In this document: piece by piece, positions 24,370 through 36,339 of the stretch
Numbering within the stretch: the first letter of the stretch is position 1
Layout: every line of letters starts with the position of its first letter
DNA from: Lama glama
Lineage: Eukaryota
DNA: 64,000 bases
NCBI GenBank assembly: GCA_028534125.1
Contig: CM052818.1
Span: 39,558,001-39,622,000 of the forward strand
Reading direction: 5' to 3'
Notes under the pieces: model-generated
Databases searched by the model: none
Told to the model about the DNA's origin: nothing
What the model saw: the letters and a program-made list of their open reading frames with translations, nothing else
Translations under genes and position numbers: made by a program

Positions 24370-27300
24370 GTAAATTCTCCCTCACCTTCTGAAAGAGCAC
24401 ATTCTTTGCAGTTGTTCCTTCTTCTCCCCACCCTGCTAACCTAAGAATTCTTTAGGGGCAGGAAATTGTGGCTGCTGTTTTAAAATGAGAAAACTTGAAG
24501 AGTTTGAGCCATGAGGAAGACCTTGAACATACACATGATTACCTTTTGCTAATGGCAGTTTTCCAGAGGTAGATGGGCGGGGAGTGAATTTGAGACAGGA
24601 CAGGAATTTCATATAATCAATGCGTCTGGCCTTCGAGGCTTGGGGACTGTGAGAGCAGCACTGCTCATCCTGGATCCTTTCATGCTGCTTCCTTATAACT
24701 GGTTGACAGCTGACCATGAGTGTGAAGAGGAAGATTAAAGATTTCTTAAGAAAATCTCCAGGCATATATTTACAGTGTAAAGTTGTAGTAAGTGGATTTT
24801 GGTAACATGTCTTGCTCCACCTTGGTCAGGCAACTAAAAATGCATTTTTGAATCAGCATGGCCTTGGCATTTTTCATTCCTCTGCGAGAACACCAGGAGA
24901 AGGGCCATCGTGATGGGCTCAAACCATGACAGACATCTGTTTGGAAGACTGAGGCTGATCTCTCATTTTCCCAGAGCACCTCATCAAGATTAACTAAGAA
25001 AACATTTGACTTCTGCTTTCCTGTGTTGAACTCCTACAACTCCCCTGAACTATGTAATCATGTTTTCTTGATAACTCCGGGCCAAGTGTGGATCAGGTGT
25101 CCCCGCCTTACCTGGCCTGGCTGACTGCAATAATCGAGTTCAGCACTTAATTGTCAAGCTTCCCTTTGCCTTCGCGTGGTTGAGACAGAATTTCAGAAAG
25201 CTTGGAAAGGCCCAGCCATAAATAAAACAAGATTGCACACACAGGGGCTCAGAAAATACAACACGGACAAAGCCCCAGATGCAGAGCAGAGGGAATTCAG
25301 AGTGAAATACTTAATTACTTCATCATTGAAAACTTAATTACCGATTGGGGAGTGTTTTCATTTGTGGAACATAGATTGATTAGCAGGATCACCGAAGTTC
25401 TAGTTTCCTTACTACTGATTACATCTTTCATGGAAGAAAAATGGGTTAGTTTTAACAAGCTCGAGTCAAACTAGAGACAAGCGGGGTTACGAAGAGTGAT
25501 GGCACAGGATTAGTGTTATTCAATAGGCAAGGGGGTATTAAGTTCAGATACTTTTCCTGATAGGCTATTAGAGATAAATTTCACATTTGGGATTTACGCT
25601 TCTATAATAGGCAAGGTCGTATTTTTCATTCAGGAAGTTAATTTGTTTGTTCCACAAAATGTTTCAATCACTGTTATACATGTTCAGTGACCTGGAGCCC
25701 TGAGGCTAAGTTTTGTCCCAGAGACTGGACATAGATATATTGTTTAAAGACCCGGTTTGGAAAATGAGGACCTCTGTAGCCACTTTTTAACACCAAAATT
25801 GAAGAGCTGTGGCTCACGGTGGAGCCCGGTGATCAGCAGGTGTCAGAATCTGATGGGGTGGAAGCCGGCGGGGTTTTGGGGAGAGTGGAGGGTCATTGTT
25901 TGGCTCTCATTTTCCCATCTTGCTTTTTCTTCTCTGGATATCTCTGTATCATCTTGGTGGCCAGCACTTTTTTCCCCTTTGCCCTTGTAAGTTTGCTTTC
26001 CAGAAGGAATCTGCTGTTAGTCATTTGCCCTTGAGAATGGATTTAAGTCACGTTGTTCCCCCAAATCTCTCCTTAAGTTAGAAAATAATTTCAGGACCCA
26101 GTCAGCAGGTGGGTTGTGGCCCCGGAGACACCACCACCCACAGACACATTCTTGTTGTTGGCATGGAGGTTCTTGCTGTGGATGACATGAAGAGGTGCCC
26201 CCGATACAGGAGGAAGGATGCCGCGGAAGGGCAGGAGACCTGGGCTCCAGTTCCAGGTCTGTCACATACTGTGTGTCATCAGGTCTGTTGAGTGATCCTT
26301 TGAGTTCATTCCTCATTGCTTACAGGTGGGGGTCACATGAAACAGGGAGTGTGACAGAGCAGTGAAAGTCTTAAAGTATTGCTTCGATTAAAATGATTAT
26401 TTCAGTTGCCTTGCCTGCTAAGATCGATTATTTGGATGCTGCAAGTGGTGACTTAGAACAAGGTTTATCCTATCCTGCCCAGTTTCACTCCATACTGGAG
26501 TTCGTGTTTAGTTTTGAGATAGAGACAAACTTACAAACTCTAGTCTGTGAGCCAGCATGGCCTTCGTCCAGTAGTGTTCTCCTCTGGGGTTGAGACTGTG
26601 CCAAGACTTTGCAGAGCTGCCAGAACCCTCCGATCGGGGCGCTTGGTCTGGTGGCAAGGTCAAAACGATGTTGAAACCACTTGCCTCTGTCACCTCTCCT
26701 GGCCAGCGGTTCACTCACTGCACACCTGGCTCGCTTGATTTCCCAGGGTTGGCTGGGGATGACCCCAGGCTAGACCGTGACCTTTCTAACTTAAAGAGGA
26801 ATGAACTGTGTGTGATGCATGCGTGTTGTCTTGAGAAAGGAATTTAAACTTGAGGGTTTCACACATTACTTAGGTTACGACTCTTGGGGACTGACTTAAA
26901 AATTGATGGAAGTCCAATTAAGGGGCTTCAGAGGGGCAGCTGTGGTGGAGGAGACAGGGCAAAGGTATTGAACGGCTCCCTGAATATGTCTCTCCGTGAC
27001 CGTGACCCCTCCAACAAGGTGCAGATTTCTGCCTGACGTTCTAGGCCAATGCTAACATAAAAATGTTTAAAGAAGATAAAACCACAAGACAAATGATAAA
27101 AACCAGAAATCTTAGAAATGGAAGGCTTAAAGAATCAAGTGCATCGGAGGAGGAAAGGTTTTAAAAACAGAATGATAAGAAATGTTGGAATGGTTTAAAA
27201 TAGCGTTATTAGACAAAGATGAAAGAGGCTTAAATAGTTAAAGATAACAATTTAAAAGTTAAAAATTGTGGAAAATAAAACAAAAGACATAAACAAATAT

Positions 27301-27884
27301 TAAACAGCAACAGAAAAAATAAAACTAAAGCACTGAGAAGCAAAAAAAAAAAAGAGACTGTAAAATCAGAAGGTAAAAGTTTAGACAGAAGTTAAAACAT
27401 GTAAAGAACACTCAAAAGCTAAATAATACTCTAATAATTGAAAGTAAAGTTACCTCGAAACAAGGGGAAAGGATGCAAAATACCAGCTTTTAAAAAAGTG
27501 CCAAATGCTTCACATGGGAGAAAAGGTGACATACCTAAATTTTCTTAAACGTGAACACAGAGGCAGACAAAGGGGTACCTTTTTAATAGTAAATGGCCCA
27601 CAAATTCTGGCTGAGTCCTGGGTGTTTAATCTTCCAGGTATTTGTAGCACCTTCTAAAGGGGGTTCTTACAGAAGATTTCTTTGGGATCAGGAAGGACTG
27701 ACCCCCTCTCCCCCATTTTTGCTGTAGAAATTTCAAATTTTCTTAGGCTTTGGTAAAAACATAGCGTTAGTATGAATTCCAGGAAGATTGCCCCATGAAC
27801 CTCTTTGGTGTAGAAACTCGGGGCCCACCTGGAAATGGGGACAGAAAGACACCTTACACTCAGCCCCAGCTCCAGGAAGACTAG

Positions 27885-28130
27885 AAAATCTTAACAAATT
27901 CTTGAGGACTTATTATGTGCCTGGCAGCAGGGCTCAACAGCCTTCAGGGAATTATCTCCTTTAGTCCTCATAACATTATGAGAGAGGTTCTATTAGTATT
28001 CCAGTTTTACAGGTAAGGTGATTTAGCTAGCTCGGTTAAGTAATATATCTGAGGGCCCCAGCTTGTAGGTGCTGGAGCTGGCACCGCAGTCCAGGCCCTG
28101 GGACTCCAGGGCCCGCGTTCTTAACCCTGC
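27885..28130 (-). mobile_element. MIR SINE
   Basis: ttattatgtgcctggc...tttagtcctcataac...ttttacaggtaagg...ggactccagggcccgcgttcttaacc. Confidence 0.8.
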
Positions 28131-28520
28131 TCGGCCGGCCTCCTGTCTGTCTGCACCGCCGCCGGGGGCCCAGCAGAAGCCCCGTCCCCAGAGAGAGAGA
28201 CCACTTTCTCTGAAAGCAGCAGTGTGTGTTGCTGTTTCTCTTTAATCACCGGCCCTGAGTGGACGGTAACACGTGCACTTGTCAAAGGCCATTAGGGTCT
28301 GTCCCCGGCGATGACGTGCTGACAGGTTGACGGAATGCCCGTTCTGTTTGCTGGCTGGGGGGTGGGGCTGGGGGGTGGGCGGGCAGGGACCACAAGCGCC
28401 AGGAGGGCAGGGGCACATTTTCCTGGCGTTTTCTCTGGATCACCTTGAGCTTGGCACCTCACGGAGCCAGCCTTCCCATAAATGAAAAGGTGACTAGATT
28501 CTGCATTTTCTAATTAGGTC
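28130..28520. promoter_or_regulatory. GC/CpG-enriched candidate regulatory element with G-quadruplex motif
   Basis: Retained CpGs; CACGTG 28270-28275, TGACGTG 28312-28318, TGACAG 28320-28325; six G-runs at 28357-28388. Confidence 0.3.
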
Positions 28521-29079
28521 AAAGAGATAAACCAAAGACATTTTTGGTGGGCTGAAGATGGTGTCAATCACATTTCCTCTTTTTCTGCCTTGTTAAACTG
28601 CTTTATGGAGGTTGCCGAGATGACATCTGCATTGGGACTTTTGCCTCCTGCAGGGTGAGTGGTGGAGCGAGAGGGAATGAGTTCTCTGTGGGGGTCCCAC
28701 TCACAGCGCAGCGGAGCAGGGACACCCACTGTGGTGTGTGGTGTAGGGGGTCCCAAACGACACTGCTGCCCAAAACCTCCCTCCTCCTGGACTTCCTACC
28801 ACGAGAATCACTCCTTTGGTTGAGGTCCTGCTTCAGGGAAACTGCTAATAATAACAAAAACATGCAACCAAGAAGGAAACACATGAACTTCCTAGGAGCT
28901 TGTGACACTTGACGACTGGGTGGCTTGTGACACAGATGGCAGGATCCTGGTTGTTGAGAAACAAGGTGGGAAAGTGGGGGTGGGTGGTGGGGAGAGACGT
29001 CTTGGTGGTGGAGGACAGATGAGTGTTTGATTGCCTGTCCGCTGTGTGGGTTGATGGAGGCAGTGCCAGCTCCCAGAGG

Positions 29080-29195
29080 ACAGTGGCGCTGTGTTTTGTT
29101 TACATCCGCATTCCCCAGCATCCAGTTCAGGGCCTGACATGGAAAAGGTGCTCCATAAATCAAGTAGGGTATTCTACCTATAGAATGAATGAAGG
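29080..29195 (+). mobile_element. L2 3' end
   Basis: ccccagcatc...cagggcctgacatgg...ggtgctccataaat...gaatgaatgaa. Confidence 0.7.
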
Positions 29196-29454
29196 AGGAA
29201 ACAGGAGGGCTTGTCCTTGATGCTGTCATCATAGGGAGTGACCGTGGGAGAATCACCAGGAGAGACTGGGTCAGGAAGGAGAAAACAGAGCGAGAGTGTG
29301 CAGAGGAGCACAGACTGCGTGTCCCGCCCGTGCCCAGTGTGGTGGAGGGTGCAGGCACCAGTCGGCCCATCTTACCCCTGGGGAGCTTCCCGGGCAGCTG
29401 GGGAGGCATGTTAACATGATAAACAAGCAGCGTGGGTTAAAAATACGTGTGTTT

Positions 29455-30070
29455 TTACATCACCAGTAATGGGAGAAATAGATATCATATGCTTCCTGAT
29501 ACGATGGCTGAGAAGGACGCATCGTCACTTCTGTGGCTTGCTGGCCCACTATGCGTAACCTGAATCTAATCAGGGGAAAACATCAGAAAAGCCCAAGCTC
29601 AGTTGTCTTCAAAAATGTGAAGGTCATGGCGCGTGTGATCCTGGACGGCATCTGGGGGGGAAATAAAATCCAAAAACCCACAACGCAAATGTTGCTATAA
29701 AGGGTACTACTGAGATAATTAGCTGAATGTGAATATAACCTGTAGACTAGATAACAGTTTATCTTTGTTAATTTCTGATTTTTAGCAAGTATACCATGGC
29801 TGCATAAGAGGATGTCCTTGTTTAAGGGGATGTGCAGAGGTACTTAGACGTAGAAAGGCCTCACGTCTGCAACTTACTCTCAAAGGGTTCAGAAAAATGT
29901 GAATATGTGTGTGTGTTTGTGTAGGGAGAGGGGGCGAGGGGATGATAAAGCAAATGTGCTAAAGTGTTAACATTTGAGGAATCGAGGGGAAAATAAATAC
30001 AGGAATTCTTTCTAGTATGTTTGCAATTTTTCTGTAAGTCTGAAATTATTTCCAAATAAAGAGTTTAAAA
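29455..30070 (+). mobile_element. L1MC/L1ME-type 3' UTR
   Basis: catcaccagtaatggg...aacctgaatctaatca...tctgcaacttactctcaaa...gcaatttttctgtaagtctgaaattatttccaaataaa. Confidence 0.85.
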
Positions 30071-30104
30071 ATGCATGTGTATACATCCCCATGTGTACGA
30101 CAAG

Positions 30105-30340
30105 GAGTCTAGCACAGTGGTTACGGACACACGTTCTGGAGTCAGAGTGCCTGGGTCCAAATTCTGGCTGGACCACTTGTGAGCTGTGGTGCTTTTCACT
30201 TAAGCAATGTGAGCCTGAGTCCTGTGGGATGATAACGGTGCCACCGTTGGTTGGTTGTGAGAATTAAATGAGTTCTAACCTGTGACAGGCTTATTAGAGC
30301 AGTGCAAGCAGGGCAGGTAGGCAGTAAATGGCAGCCTTTA
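30105..30340 (+). mobile_element. MIR SINE
   Basis: tagcacagtggtta...ctggagtcagagtgcctgggtccaaattctggc...gttgtgagaattaaatgag. Confidence 0.85.
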
Positions 30341-30439
30341 TTCTACAATGTAGAGTTGTGTATGGTCACTAGTAATTATTTAGTTTTAGGGCATGTAGTA
30401 GATACACATTAGCTGATTATAGGAACATAGCACTTTAGA

Positions 30440-30620
30440 GTTGTCAAGTAATTGATATATTTAATCATTATGACAATTTCATAATGTGTAATAGCAAGAA
30501 CTGTTGCCCCCATTGTATAGATTTGTAAAGTGAGGCCAAACTAAGAAGCAACTGAAGACACCTGCTCTGGCTGATAATTGGCACAACCTGGAGCTGGTCC
30601 CAGGTGTCTGATAACTAATC
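30440..30620 (-). mobile_element. MIR SINE
   Basis: ccccattgtatagat...gtgaggc...cccaggtgtctga. Confidence 0.6.
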
Positions 30621-31090
30621 CTACAGGAAATTCTTTTCAGCAGGTGCTGCCACTGTCACTGTTGTCACTTTGCCCTCTTTTATACTCTGTGAGTGAGGAA
30701 TTTCCTGAGACAAAGTGCACTCAAGGGGACTTTCGTCATCCACGTTGTTATCCACTGTCAAAAACCATCGTGTGTACATGTGAGTGGGAGCATGGATTCT
30801 CTCAGAAATTACTGACTAGTTCTTTGAATCAGATTCCAGCAAAGGGGCTGCCAGTGGCTAATCCTGAGGATGAGAAGTGGCCCAGGCTGGGGGATGGGAC
30901 ACGCACTTGACCTTGTGAGGGGCTTGGAATACAGTGTCGGGGAATCTTCGTCTGAATGCCACATGCTCTGCCCACGTCTGAGTACATGCATTTAAGAGTT
31001 GTAGCCAGTGCCTGGGCATCCTGGAAACTATAGGTTCTGTTTGGAAGGAGCCTTAAAGCCGCTTAGAATTCAATTATTATCTCTCTCTTA

Positions 31091-31158
31091 AAAAATACCA
31101 ACCAAACCAAACAAACAAACAAACAAACAAAAACTAACTAAAAACAAAAAAAAAAACA
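31091..31158. repeat. (CAAA)n / A-rich simple repeat
   Basis: Directly visible. Confidence 0.85.
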
Positions 31159-31334
31159 ATAGGAGTTTCCTGAGAAACAGCCTCATCTGCACTTCAGAGA
31201 ATCCAGAAACCAGATTCCTGCCTCCGTGGGTCTTATGATCTTCAATGGGGCCTCAGCCCGACAGATGTTATTACTATAAACCAATCTCTGGCAACTTCGG
31301 GTGGAAAGGGAGCACCTCTCAATTTGTCAAGGAT

Positions 31335-31550
31335 GATAATAACTTCCCTGCATTTGCTCACTGCTGTACAGTTTGCACAGCTTTGTGCTGGATATTTTCT
31401 GTCAACTCTCAATGAGCATTCGGGGTAGGTGGCATGGAGGTTTCAATTCCTACTGAGTAGATGATAAAACTAGGGGCTCATGGAGGCTAAACAAACAACC
31501 CGGAAGCCGGGACCCCAGGGTCCTGATCCAGGGCTGCTCACTAACACTGT
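31335..31550 (-). mobile_element. MIR SINE (degraded)
   Basis: tagatgataaaactaggggctca...cccagggtcctgatccagg. Confidence 0.5.
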
Positions 31551-32169
31551 CTCTCTGATACCTTCCTCTTTTGGAGGTCAATTTATTTTATTGACATTGC
31601 TACTTATTAATTATCCACATGTTTATTTACCACTTAACTAACCCGCCCTGCCTCATCCTGCCATCCTTTCAAACATTTCTGGGTTATCTCACCAGCTGTG
31701 AGTCTGGAAGCACTCCTGGGATGTGGAATCCTTTAACCACTTGCTTGAAAAGAAGGAAATTTGTGAGAATAAATGTGCTGCCAGGATGATTACAAAATGC
31801 ACGATCTGTGGATTGCAAAAGGGCTCATCTAACACTTGCCCTTTCTACCTTCTTGTGACAAGAAAATAAAGTAATCTTTGAAAGCCTTCTGTGGATTGCA
31901 GAGTATTCCTCCAATGTAAGATGGTATTATGTAATGACAGTGCCAAAGATGGTAATTGCTTCTGGGGAATTGCTACCTCTGTTGTGCTTCCTGAGTCCCT
32001 CATAGAAGAGAAGAACAGGTTCAATGAATAAAATGGTAAATAGCCTGTATATGAGTATGTGAATGAATGCACTGAAAGGAACTGTAAATTACCCTTCTAC
32101 AGTATTTCTACTGAATCAAAAAGTTTACTAAAATGACGAGTCTTGTAGACGAACATACGGAAAGCCTTC

Positions 32170-32440
32170 CTCTCCAACTCATCATTAAAACTCAGCTCAG
32201 CGGTCATCTCCTCCAGGAGGCCTTCTTGGACTCAGCCATCCTCCTCAACCAAGCTGGATGAAAAGGCCCTTCTCTGCGGTCGGCTGTAACACCTGGGCTC
32301 ACGTCCACTGCACTCGCCGTGCTGTAATTACTGGCGCTCACTCCCCCTGCTGTAGATTCTGTCATTCATCTCTGCATCCTGAGCGTCCAGCGCAATTCCT
32401 GGCGTATTATTTTTGTCATAGGAAATGTTTTCTGAATGAA
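32170..32440 (+). mobile_element. L2 3' fragment
   Basis: aaactcagctcagcggtcatctcctccaggaggccttc...tcatctctgcatcc...ttctgaatgaat. Confidence 0.7.
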
Positions 32441-33694
32441 TGGCCAAACATTTACCAGTTCAAACAAGTTTTGGCTTGTAAACACAACAGGGATTGATTG
32501 AGGTCAGGAATGTGTGGTTCCCTTTTGCCATAAAGTGCTTATGTATTACACACTAACACACGGCGCTTCGTGACTTCTTTTTTCAGACTCTTATGGGATC
32601 ATCCTCACAAAAACCCCACAGGCTAGAAAGGACTATAGTGACCTTGGTAGTTTGGAGCGTTTAGTATTTTCTTTCCATCCAGCTTGGCCTGTTTTCATTA
32701 TGAAAGAGATGACTGACTTCATGGAAGGCAGGAAGAATCAGTGGATGGCCTTTTCCCCAGAAAGTCTTCAAAAATCTTGCCTGGCCTTTGGGAGTTCCCA
32801 CGAGTGTATGCAGTATAAAGGATCACTATGATACGGGCATATTCGTACATTTTTTAAAAGATTAAACGTGATATAGTACTGGAACTGAGCACGGGAGATT
32901 GAGGCCCGGGGTATTACGCCTTCCCTTGCTACAGGGGATGGAAGGAATATTGTTTCTCCTTAAAATGATTTATTTAAATGGGTAGGCTAGAATTCTACTT
33001 AAAATCCAGCGTCTGAATGCACCTGCTTAAGTCAGCTTCTTGTTCTTGCAGGTATTTAGGCATTGAATTTTCCCCATTAGGGAAGTGATTGACACCGTGG
33101 TCCTTACAATAACACATGATTATAACTCTGCAAATGGCAATTACATTCAATGGAAACCAGATGTTGCATGGAATTTGACTCTCTTGGTTTCTTGGTGAAG
33201 TAGATGAATTTGTAAAGTAGAAAACCACAATCATTACTCAGATGGACTGTACATGAATTAAGGACATAATATCTAAATCATATATGGTTGAAAATAATGA
33301 TTAACTTAAACTATCAAGATAAGCTAATGCAAAACAGACTCTTAAAAAATTAAAGATATGTTTTCTCCAATATGTATTTTATCAGTGTGCTAATAACAAA
33401 GCCAGGCTTGTTTTCATGTCTCTTTAGCTCCAAGGAAGAAAAAAATATTTAAAAAGAAGCTCTTCCCAGTGGTTAACATTAAGGAGAAGGTGAACAATTA
33501 GGATAGTTTTTCTTGGCTGGTCAATTTTTAGGGTATCTGGAATCAGTCTTTAAAAAACATTGTTGTTAAGGATAGTTAGCGATGTTTTATGCTGAATTAC
33601 ACAGAAACGGTATATTTCTAAGGACATATTTGGCATGCAAAGTATCAGCTTTGTATGCCTGTGCAAAGCATCACCTCTCAAATACAACTTCTTT

Positions 33695-33727
33695 TCCTGC
33701 CCCTACCTCTCTCCAGAGCTTGTGTGC

Positions 33728-33762
<35 letters not shown>

Positions 33763-33793
33763 CCGTCCCTACCTCTCTCCAGAGCTTGTGTGC

Positions 33794-33826
<33 letters not shown>
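33695..33826. repeat. Tandem duplication, 2 x 66 bp, each containing (AC)16
   Basis: ccctacctctctccagagcttgtgtgca+(ac)16 at 33701-33760 and 33767-33826. Confidence 0.95.
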
Positions 33827-33828
<2 letters not shown>

Positions 33829-36318
33829 CTTCCCCAAGGATTCCTCGGGCCAGGAAGGCAAATCAGCATCACATTTAAACCTGCACTGTCCCTTGAAAAT
33901 CTCAGCCTTCAGTTAGCAGCCTCCTAAGTGGTTAAGTTTGCAGACCTTGGCCCATCATTTCCACTGTCATGAATTCTCAATGACATCATCACTGTAAAAT
34001 TAGGAACTCTCTTTCTTTTCCTGCAGATGTGAAAGTTTGACATTGCATTCCATGGTCCCGTGCCACATTTCATCAGCGTTTTCCCTTTGCTTTCTCCAAA
34101 GCCTGTGGCCGCATGTGGCGTGTAGATTGCCAGTGCTGTTTGGGATCTCATATCAAATGCTGCTACCTAATCCCAGGCGGCCTTCCACAAGCCCACACCT
34201 GCAGCTCATTGAATCCTCCTGGAGTACAAAGGGCTGATTTACAGCACGAAGGATCCAGGCACTGGTTGCAGCTGGGGCTCCAGCAGGAAAAGGAAGTTGT
34301 TCATCATCTTGTGTGCATTTCATTAACAATAGTGTACCCGATATGTAGCTTATAGAATAATTTCAAATCACTGACAGAGAGCATTATGGCATTTGGCACT
34401 ACTAGGAAAAATACTTCGGGATGGGCAAATTACACCTGAGCGTGAGGTTTCCATGCGACCCTCTGGAACGGTGCACACTGATTTATACCAGGTGGGTTGA
34501 CCTTGCCGTATTTTCTGATTCCTTGGGCATTTCCCCATCCCTCATTTCTTTCCCTTTGTCTTTGAAGCAGCCCTTGGGTAGAATTGGGATATCCTTAGCT
34601 TTCTGTTCTTTTCATGCGTTAGCAACTCAGAGCTTAGAGAAACCTGCGCTAAGCATGGTATTTTGAAACCAACCACCTGAAGAAATATCTGTGTAGCTGG
34701 TGAGCTGGGAGAGTCACAGCAACGTGTGACAACGAGTGTCTCCTCTTTGAGTTTCGACGGTTGTAGACACAAGGGAGTCCCAGGGAATTACTGAGACCCC
34801 AGCGCTGGCTCACCAGGACTCTAGGGAATTAAAAAAAAATGAGAGAGTCTCATACTTTCTTCTGTTGCCACGCTGGGCTGTGTTATCGATTTTACTACTG
34901 AGTGGTTTTTACTGGAGCAAAGCCCTCATGGTGGAGATGCCGTGAGGGTGATGATGATGAATGCAGATGAAGAAAGTAATAAAGGAGGAACAGGCTGGAA
35001 GAGGATGACAGTCCCCTGGCTAAGGTTCCCACAGCCCTCAGCAGCCGTGGGGCCTGGTTTCTCTGGGGCCAGCGTTGCCTCCAGGTTGGATGTCTCACCT
35101 ACTTAACCAAGAAGGCTCCAGGTGCTCTGCCTTTCCACATCTTCCCTGGGAGTATTCTGCAGATCCCAGTTGAAGGATTTTTTTTTTTTTAAGGAAGTGG
35201 AGAGCCTTAGAACCTCAGAACAAAACCACTTCAAGAGCTCTGGCTCTCTCCAGATTGGGGGGCAGGCCCCGCACAGAAAGGACAGCAGTGATGGGCCCAG
35301 TGAAAATGCCAAAGCTTCCGACTGGTTTATCGTGGACATTTTAACTTCGACGTTTGTATACGGAAGGACCAAATCAATAAAAATCGCAGTCCTCAAGGGA
35401 AAGGGAGCAGGAGAGGAAAAGAAAATCTCTTTTCACTTTGTAATGGTAAACAAACTCAACTCAGAGGAGTATCTGATGTGGCTGCACGGAGCTTGGTTTC
35501 CAGTTTCTCTTGATGTGTCAAATGTATCCCGTATGTGAATCATAGTTTAAAAATACTTTACTCAGTGGGTTCGGGAAATCAATAAGCTTTTATGATTCTT
35601 GCCTTGCTTCACATAATTTCTGATTTCAAAAGAGACTCTGGGTATTCCTTTAAGACGTTTATATATTCTGCATTTTAGAAACTAACAATTCATTCAGGGG
35701 CTTCCCAGGCATTGTTTTCGGAGTGTTTTTTTCTTCCCAAGCTTTTCCTTTCCTTCTGTCTCTCTCTTTTTAACATAATGCTAATGATTACGGGGCTTAC
35801 ACATAAATTGAAGCCGGATTTATAAAATGCAATATAAAAATCCTCGGGAAGGAAGATAAATATAACAAGCTATGAAACTGCGTTAGCCTCTTCCAGCGCT
35901 GGAATGACTACAGACGAGGAAGTTAATGACCAGGATGTGTGATGTTGCCCAGGTTAGAGGCTTTGGCTCTCAGGCAAGCTGCCCTCAGACTAGCTGTCCT
36001 GCATTCCTTGATTTCTCTGAAATACAAATCTAATTGCGGATTGGAACATATCCATTCGCTTAGTCTGTAAAAATAATTTTCCCTGAATATTTACCCAAAG
36101 CGCATTATTGCTTATACAGTTGTGAAAAGCATTTAGCACTTTATAATCCCATATTTGCTCCTATGTGGGCCTGGGAGGGTACTCTCCTTACAGAATTCAC
36201 AAATGCCTAGAAGGCTAACAATTTTTACAAAGTGTTCCTCATGGAAAACATCTGGAAGTTTTCCAGAATGGCATTCCAGATGTTATGGTTTTAGCAGTCA
36301 CAAAAGTGCACTACACAC

Positions 36319-36339
36319 CGTGTGTGTGTGTGTGTGTGT
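36319..36339. repeat. (GT)n microsatellite
   Basis: Directly visible. Confidence 0.9.

Noticed and set aside
23793..24444. Four long ORFs of 180-212 aa
   Set aside because: Artefacts of translating through the 500-N gap
28603..29409. Longest gap-free ORF (268 aa, minus strand)
   Set aside because: No recognisable domain, runs through an L2 remnant and has a composition typical of a chance GC-rich ORF
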